A stretch of 56,057 nt of DNA, filler included, from Jimgerdemannia flammicorona (taxonomy: Eukaryota), in the NCBI GenBank assembly GCA_003990765.1. It is 2 parts of 2 records of this genome, joined end to end, with 100 filler letters (N's around TTAATTAATTAA, not from the genome) between each part and the next. Parts side by side here need not be neighbours in the genome. Positions count along the whole stretch, not along the records: positions 28,085 to 56,057 come from RBNJ01000589.1; 1 more part is not named here. The stretch is one strand, 5' to 3'. Positions within the stretch are counted from its first letter, which is position 1, and the number at the start of each line of letters is the position of its first letter. This document shows, piece by piece, positions 48,638 through 56,057 of the stretch. Made by a program: the position numbers and the translations under genes. The notes below the pieces were generated by a model. The model was not told the origin of the DNA, searched no databases, and saw nothing but the letters and a program-made list of their open reading frames with translations.

Positions 48638-51600
48638 ATTGCCCAGCACCATTGTTTTGCACTTGTGCCAATTCAGCTTCACCCCAGAGTTCTCTTCATA
48701 CCACTCCACTGTCTTCTGGAGCTCCTTGATATCCGCAGTCACTCCCAAATCAACCACCATGTCATCCACAAAGGCTCCAACCTTCCAGCCAACTCCATAG
48801 ATAGAGAGCCCCACGATCTTCTGCCAAACCCTGTCCATTAGAGGTTCCAAGGAAAGAGCATACAAAATGGGGGACAGTGGGTCCCCCTGGGGCACTCCCA
48901 TACCCAGAGGGAATGCTACCCCTTGATGCCCATTACACACAAGTGCAGCCCTACTCCTTTCCAGTAGGCTGACCATCACTGACGAAATGGGACCGGAACT
49001 CCAATTCTATCTAATACTTTTGCCAGCCAGACTCACCGTACCCAGTTATAAGCCTTCTCCTGGTCCAAGAAGACAAGACACCCATCTAGTTCACAGACTC
49101 GAGCATCTTCAATAACTCCATGTACCCAGGCTGTGCCATCTCTAATAAGCTGACCCCCTATGAAGCCCCTCTGCTCAACACCCACAATTTGCTGGGCTAT
49201 CTTCTGTAGCCTTGCGACCACCACCTTAGTCACCAACTTTCTGTCTATGTCTAGCAATATTATCGGCCACCAGTTCTTCCAATCCTCTCACCTTCCCTTG
49301 TTCTTATAAAGCAGCATCACCAGCCCAAGATCTTGCTCCCCCACCCATCTCCCTGACTGCAATATAGAGTCATACAGTGCTATCAACTCCCCCAACATGT
49401 CTGGAACTCCAACCATTTGCTTCCAGAAGTCCCAGGGGAGGCCATCCTCCCCAGGCACCATACCCGAGGCTGTTGTGGTAAGAACCTGGTGGATCTCGTC
49501 CTCCTTTACAGGCATCATCAGGTCACCTAGTCCCTCAGCTTGTGGTGGGTACCAATCTTCTAATGTTTGGTCAATGGCTATAGCATCTGCCCCACCCTCC
49601 TCCTCACTCCACAATTCACTCCATCGTGCCTTCAGCATTCCAAAAATGTCCTGTACACTATGTACTAGTACATCATTCGAGTCAAGTACCCCTTCCCACC
49701 ACTGCTGTACCCTTCTCACTTGAATTATCCTTTTGAGAAACTTGGAAGGCCTCTCCCCTTTCTCCAGCCCCTGCCAATGAAGCCATGCCACCAGGCCTTG
49801 CACCCTTGACTCTTCCTCTTCTCATAGCACCTGTTGCAGTTCCCCAACCTCTATCTTCACTCTTGTTATTCTCCAATCCTCTTCTCCCTCCACTACTACC
49901 AGTCTTGCCCACTCCTCCAGGAGCCTAGCCAATCTAGTAGAAGCCCAATGCACTTTCTGCCTTTGCTGCTTCCCAGCCACTCTGCCAGCCTTGCTCCAAT
50001 ATATCCTGGCCATCTCTTTCATCCTTATCCACCAAACCCCAATCGTGGCCCCTTCCTGCTGCCAATTCCCTATCTTCAACTAAATGTCTTTCGCCCACTC
50101 CTCCCACTGGGACTCATCATCCAACAAGGAGGAATTTAGGCACCAATGTCCAGGCCCATCACCACTTCCCCCAAAACACCCCTGTCCCAAGAGGCTCTAG
50201 TAATCTGACCATAGACACCATTCTACCTCAAGCACCTTCCAAACATCGCAGCCCCAATAGTCGGCTGTCAGAATCCAGTCAATCCTTGTCCTCAGACCTC
50301 CAGCCCAATGCATATATACCCTCCCATCCCCCCAGTGCTCCCTACCAGCATCCACCAGTGCTCCTAGCCTTTCGATCTCCTCCCACATCATCAGCCCCCC
50401 ACTCCTGCTCTCAGCACCCCATCCTCCATCAGTTCTATTCAGCTGTACATCCCGAACCATATTGAAATCTCCTCCAAGCATATCCAATCCAGCTTCAGCA
50501 AGGATCCCACTCTCTAGGAGCCCTTTCACCCAATCCACATGCTCCCCCCGCACAGCAGGGCAGTAACAGGAGCCAACTGTGACTGGCTCCCAACCTGCAT
50601 GAATCCACTCACCCCAGACCAGTCTCTCCTCCCAGCTCCTCACATCCCTTATCTCCCCTCTGCCTTTCCGAACCAGAATCCTGACCTTGCTGTTCCAAAT
50701 CACCATGCCACTCCATTTCTTAGTCCATTCCATCCTATCAGCATCATCCTTGCACCTGATATCCTGCAAGAGGAAGAGATCGGCCTCCAATCCCTTCAAC
50801 CAAATAAAAATATTCCTGCATCTAAAAATATTGGTTGTACTGTTCATAATGAAATACAGTTTGTTCTCAATCAATCTCTACTGCTCCATGCCTATCTCCT
50901 CCTGTACCATGTCCAGATTATGTTCAGCCATCACCTTCTCCTCTTCAGCCCTCTGAGCCTCCAGTCCAGCCAACAGCTCATTCATCTCCTCATCAGCCTT
51001 CTCCTCAAACTCCTCTCGGTACTCGATGCAAGCCTCCTGCCAAAGCTGTAACCCATGATGCCTATTCCAATAGTACTCAGCCTTCTCCCCAGCAATAACC
51101 GCCAACTCTACCTCCCTCTCCTTGTCCACCTCATACCCTTCCTCCTCCAGATACACTGTGAGAATTTCCGCCTTCAGCACCATCGCCGCTCCTTCCCCCT
51201 GCAAAATTCTTGTTCAGTGCTCGTCACCCATCCCATACAAGTCCACCTCCCCCAGCTCTTCTGCTGCCAGGTTATTCATCATCCAGCACATCCAAAGTAG
51301 GTTCCCCACCAGTATAGGTCTGGCTTTCTGATAGATGGGCTTGATATCACCAGTGTCAACTTTGTAGTAGTACTTGGGTTCTTAATTGTGGATACATATC
51401 TCTGAAGTCTATAGCAAGTACTTCTTCATTCTGATGCAGGATCTTGAGAAGTTGTTCTTCCAGGGGAAAGTTTTCTTCAATAGTATATATGTGCTTGTTC
51501 TGGTCTCTATCTTTATTATACTCAAGTTCAGTAATCTTAGTAGTGGCATAGGCTCCTCTTCCAGTAGATCTAAAGCCTTATTCTTCTCTCTTAGTCTTGA

Positions 51601-54499
51601 TGAGTTCAATGACTTCAGTGATCTTGGGCTTCTTGATTTCGAATGGGGTGGTGGGGTTGTAATTTCTGACTATGAGTAAGATCTCACCAGTATAATCAGG
51701 GTCAATTACTCCTCCTTCAACTGAGATTTTGCTTTTGGTCAGACTGCTTCTGGTCTTGATAATTTCGGTATGGTTCTCTGGCAGCTTGACTCCAATTTCA
51801 GTGTCAAGTAGGGTGGTGGTCTGTGGTTCAAGAGTAGTATCTTGAATGCTGGCAAGGTCCATTCCTATGGCTCCTTTAGTCTTGTATTCTGGGATCTTGG
51901 TTTTGGGGTGAAACTTCTTGACCTTGAGGGTGATATCTGGTTCTTATTCCTCCTCATCATTACTGTCAGCTTGAAGCTCTGGGGGCTGATCATCTTCTTC
52001 AGCTTTCCTTTTTACTTCAGTGGCTTCTTGCTTGTATTTCTGTTAGTGGATTTTTCTGACTTTATTGATATAGGACTAGCAGTCATTCAAGTGTTCAGAG
52101 CAGTACATCCTAGTACCATGGAGGCATCTTTCTTGAGAGGTATAGCTATCAATGATCTTATTGTATCACTGCTCATCTGTAAGCTTAGGTGTCTTGTTCT
52201 TGTTCTTGTTCACTGAATATATGAAGACTTCTGTGTCCTCTTCATCTTCTTCCTCTATGTCTGATAGGACTCCTTTGTGGACATTGATAAAGACTTGTAC
52301 CTTTCTTTCTCTATAGTTGATCTGTATCTTCTGGGCATTGAGGTCAATGATGGCCTTGGCCTTGTGAAGCCATTGGTTACTAATAAGAATATCATAGTTG
52401 GTAGTACTTATAACAATCACATCTACTGAGATGGTAGCTCTTCCTATCTTGATGGGGACTTCTTGGATTTTGCCAAGGAAGGTAGCTCATATACCATCTG
52501 CTATAACATAGACTATCTTAGCAGACTCTTCAATATTCCAGCCTAGGTGGTCAATTGTCTTCTTACTTATAAGACATCCTCCAGTACTGGTATCAATGAT
52601 GACATCAAAGATATAATCTTCAATCTGACATGAGGTATAGGCTGATGTCTTGCACTGGTCTTCAGATTCTTTGCCTGAGTCTTCTGATTCTTTCTGTGCA
52701 TTGTGAGCTTCTACAATCTTATACTCTTGATTCTTGGTAGTAGTTGCAAGTCCTACTCTCAACTACTATCTAAAGGCAGGGACTTTGGCTAGCTGTCCAA
52801 AAGTAGTATTGACCTTCTGTTTCTTGAGATCCTTATAGATATCATACTGGTGGATCTTAGTCTTGTGCAGCTTCTGTTCTTTCTTGCTTTTGCTTTCTCC
52901 TGAGACTGGAGAGTGCCTTCAATGATTTGGTAAGTAGCTTCATCTAACTCTATGTCTTGATCAATCTCCTCAGGTTAAGTCTTGCTTTAAATAGTGATAG
53001 CTGGGGTCTTCTTTAGTCTTTCAACTGACTTGCTGTTGCTCTTCTTGTCATAGAGCTTGGACTGGGTTCTGATACCTTCAGTAGCAGGGTAGAATTTGAG
53101 CTCCTTATAGTATTCTTCATCATCAGTATCACCAATCTCCTCAATGACTACTGTATTGGTTTGTTCTCTAGTTCTATTAGTATTACTTGGTTGGGCTTTG
53201 CATCTTGTTTCAATAATACAATTATTTACATAGTGGCCTTCTTCTCTACATCTGAAGTATGTAATATTGTATTCTTCTGTAGTAGCTACAAACCTCTGCA
53301 CTGGTCTTCTGTTGGCACTTCAGACTTCTCTAATAACATTACTAAGGTATATAGTCATTTCAGCAAACTACTTGGCAAGTTCCTCTACTAGGTCAGCTTT
53401 GACTACCTTGGGGGTAGGTGAGGTTGGTTGTCTGTTTACAACTATAATAGGTATGATACTAGTTGGCTTTGATAGCTCTATCTTGATATCAGTTATTTTC
53501 TCTATTGAGTGTTTGGCAGGGTATCTGGCAGTCCAATATCTCTATACAAAGACTCTTTCTGATCAAGAGTCAGTGCAGCTGGGGTAGACCAGATTACTAG
53601 GGCAATTTCAGAGTGAACTTCTTTAAGGAAGATTAAATCCACTATTTGTTCTTTGAGAGCATCATAGTCAGCTAAGACAATCTGGTGGCAGATTCAGATA
53701 TAGAATGAGTTAGGATCTTCACTAAGTCCCTGGAAAATAGTATTAAGTTGATTCTGGAGAGCTTGCTTAATCTCTTTAGTATAATATATTGTTCTGAGGA
53801 AGGCCTTCATGTTGGCAAGTTTGGCTATATCATTATTAGTAATAGTGGCTACATTAAACTTATCTCTGACTGATCCTCTGAGGCTAACCAGTAGAAGGGC
53901 CAATTGTGCATCTACACCAAGAGCTCATATGGTGGCAAATTGTTCAAAGTCTTCAATAAAGGTCAGAATTAACTCTTCAGTAGTATATCTATAGAATGTA
54001 GAGAGACATATTTCTATCTTATCTTGAATTCTTACAGGGGTGACTCTTGTAGTCAGAGTAGTTGTTATGGAGGTTATTTATTTTTCAGCTTGAAAGTGAG
54101 GGATTCATCTTGAATTACCAGCCAATAGGCACTAAGTTATCATATAGTAGTTGCTGAGTCCTTCAAATATGCCAGATTCTCTTCAAAGTGTATCTCTTAA
54201 ACTAACTTAAGTTTGTTATAAGCAAGTTCTTATTAGAGTACTTTTTCAAGATCTTATAGTCCTCAAACTTCTTATCTTTAAACTGTCTTGTTATCTTTTA
54301 GATTGCTTGTAAGAAAGTGTATATATTATACTGAGTAGACTGACTTTATTTTAGAGAAAATAAGAGAGGTATTTATACAAAATATAATTCAATAGTTGCT
54401 AAGATATAAAGCTAAATATAAATTCCAATAACTAAAACAAAATACCAGAATAGGAAAAATTGCTAAGTTTCAGGGTCAGTACAAATGATTGTACAGGTT

Positions 54500-54697
54500 C
54501 AGAATACTGGTATAATTTTAGTAGTATATCAGAATACTGGTGCTGGAATAATTCAGTATTACATCAGAATACCAGTGCTGGAATAATTCAGTATCACATC
54601 AGAATGCTAGTGCTGGAATAATTCAGTATCACATCAGAATACTAGTACTGGAATAATTCAGTATCACATCAGAATACCAGTGCTGGAATAATTCAGT
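54500..54697. repeat. 35-bp tandem repeat (~5 copies) in the putative C LTR
   Basis: CAGAATACCAGTGCTGGAATAATTCAGTATCACAT units. Confidence 0.92.
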
Positions 54698-54711
54698 GTA
54701 ACCAAAAGACT

Positions 54712-55559
54712 TTAGAGTAAAATGTTCAAGACCATAGAGGCTTCATCCTCATCAAAGATCAGGATATCTTTGAAGGAGATGAGGTCTATGAATTCATCAT
54801 TATTATGTAGATCACATGTTTTATATACATATGTCATACATCTCATATATATTGCATATCTCATATATGTCATACAAGATGACATCATCACCAATGATGT
54901 CATCATGTTCAGCAGTAGTGGGAACAAGGAGGTCTGGGGCTCTCCAGTCTATGAGGTTCTCTTCTACAAAATAGAGGACAAATGTAGAGTCTTAGGAAGG
55001 TCCAACCTAGATATTTGGACCTTGAAATACTGAGATCAATCCTTGCAGAAATTGGTCTGGGTTGTTCTGGAGGATGGGATATCAGAAGTCTTCTACTTCA
55101 TCACTATTGAGGGTAATAGTGGACTGGGCTTCTATAGCCACTCTGACTTCTAGTATATTGATATGGTGGGCTGACAGGTCTCTGAAGTCTGAGACTCTAA
55201 TATACTCTAAGTTAGAGATCAACCATAGTGTATGTCTGAAGATTTGATAGATCTTCTTAGCTGTCCTTATTTTGTATATATCCATAGGAGTGGTATCTTG
55301 TAGCTGGCCTGTGGGAACTCTCAGCAGAGGAGGTTTCCTATCTCATACTCCTGCCACATTTAGAGGTATTTGGTAGCAATAGTGATCCTTATTTCCATTT
55401 CACAGCAGTAGCAAATATAATGATAAAGATTACCAGTATCCAGGTTAATACTAGGAGTCCTTCTTGAGGTCCTCATGGCTCTTCTGATGTCTTAGAACAT
55501 TCTTCAACTGAAGTGCCTTGATAGTTTCTTGACCTTGAGGTTTGGCAAGTAGCAGACAT
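54712..55559 (-). pseudogene. Accessory ORF in the lineage C LTR, homolog of the A and D ORFs
   Basis: TATAAAA at ~55637-55643 (minus), ATG at 55559. Fragments INLDTGNLYHYI...MWQEYEIGNLL, DIYKIRTAKKIYQIF...NNPDQFLQGL and DILIFDEDEA; frameshifted. Confidence 0.72.
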
Positions 55560-56057
55560 TTTATTTGTAAGTCTTTGAGCTATTTTGGAATTAGTGGGTC
55601 TTATTGGTTACTGCTACTGCAGTTCCTTGATCCTTCTTTTATATTCCTCAAGATATCCATACTGTGGTCACAATGACTCACAGTTGGTCATCATTGCTCA
55701 TCTTGTATACCATATGATCTTCTTGTACTCCAATCTGGTGGCTTATAAGAAAAGACTGTCTTCTGTACTGATATCATCATTCTGGGGTCACTGTTACAAT
55801 ATCTAACCAAACAAACCTCTACATCATTATCCTGAAGTACCTCATTATTTGAAAGTATCTTATTATATAAGAACTTTAATTATCTCTTACTAAAACTCCT
55901 TAATATTCTTTTTTATTTCCAAGATCCTTCTAGATCTTTCTTTCAAATCTTATATAAATATTCTCTCTGTCTGTTTGAATAAAGCTCAAAATATTTCTCT
56001 TTAAAATTCTTCAAAAACTACTTAAACTTATAGTATCTCTTTAAACAACTTAAATTA

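Larger units (their letters stand above)
36499..51310 (-). mobile_element. L1-like copy 2, 5'-truncated within ORF1 and split by Gypsy A2 (36499-38001 + 48638-51310)
   Basis: T23 tail at 36499-36521. The RT motifs continue across the ATTGC duplication. Endonuclease at 50197-50874 and the ORF1 end at 50878-51310. Confidence 0.93.
51311..55798 (-). mobile_element. Gypsy lineage C, 5' half: LTR - gag - protease - dUTPase - start of RT
   Basis: Knuckle YFRCREEGHYVNNC ~53220-53260; VIIDTSTGGCLIS ~52560-52600; dUTPase (GMDL, RSSL, EGGVIDPDYTG) ~51550-51900; VDTGDIKPIYQ ~51330-51360. Confidence 0.85.
54308..55798 (-). repeat. Putative 5' LTR of lineage C (~1.49 kb)
   Basis: On the minus strand it starts TGTAACAG at 55798 and ends CTTACA at 54308, with TATAAATACC at ~54368-54377. 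There is no partner LTR or clear PBS in the window. Confidence 0.6.

Noticed and set aside
54500..54697. 35-bp repeats as a CRISPR array
   Set aside because: The units are head-to-tail with no unique spacers, there are no cas genes, and the context is a eukaryotic LTR.

Overview
Eukaryotic, almost certainly fungal, DNA. The kinase style suggests an early-diverging Mucoromycota-type genome, but that is inference. The window is two sequence blocks joined by an artificial N44-TTAATTAATTAA-N44 spacer at 27985-28084. About 85% is a nest of decayed transposons: L1/Tx1-like LINEs, four Ty3/Gypsy lineages (called A-D here), a Tc1 DD34E element and a poly(A) retroposed insert. All carry heavy C>T/G>A damage. 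A CpG-rich island at about 20.6-28.0 kb holds a three-exon TKL-like kinase and a secreted AA11-like LPMO. The best-preserved element is a full-length 10.6 kb chromovirus (38002-48637) with a 5-bp TSD ATTGC and 2.07 kb LTRs. Main finding: its LTR U3 encodes an unrecognised ~365 aa protein. By manual alignment, divergent homologs occur in the LTR of lineage C and at the 3' end of lineage D, each behind a TATA-like box. Lineages A, B and C also carry dUTPases in two different polyprotein positions. One A copy has replaced its U3 gene with a piece of another element. All alignments were done by eye; no searches were run.
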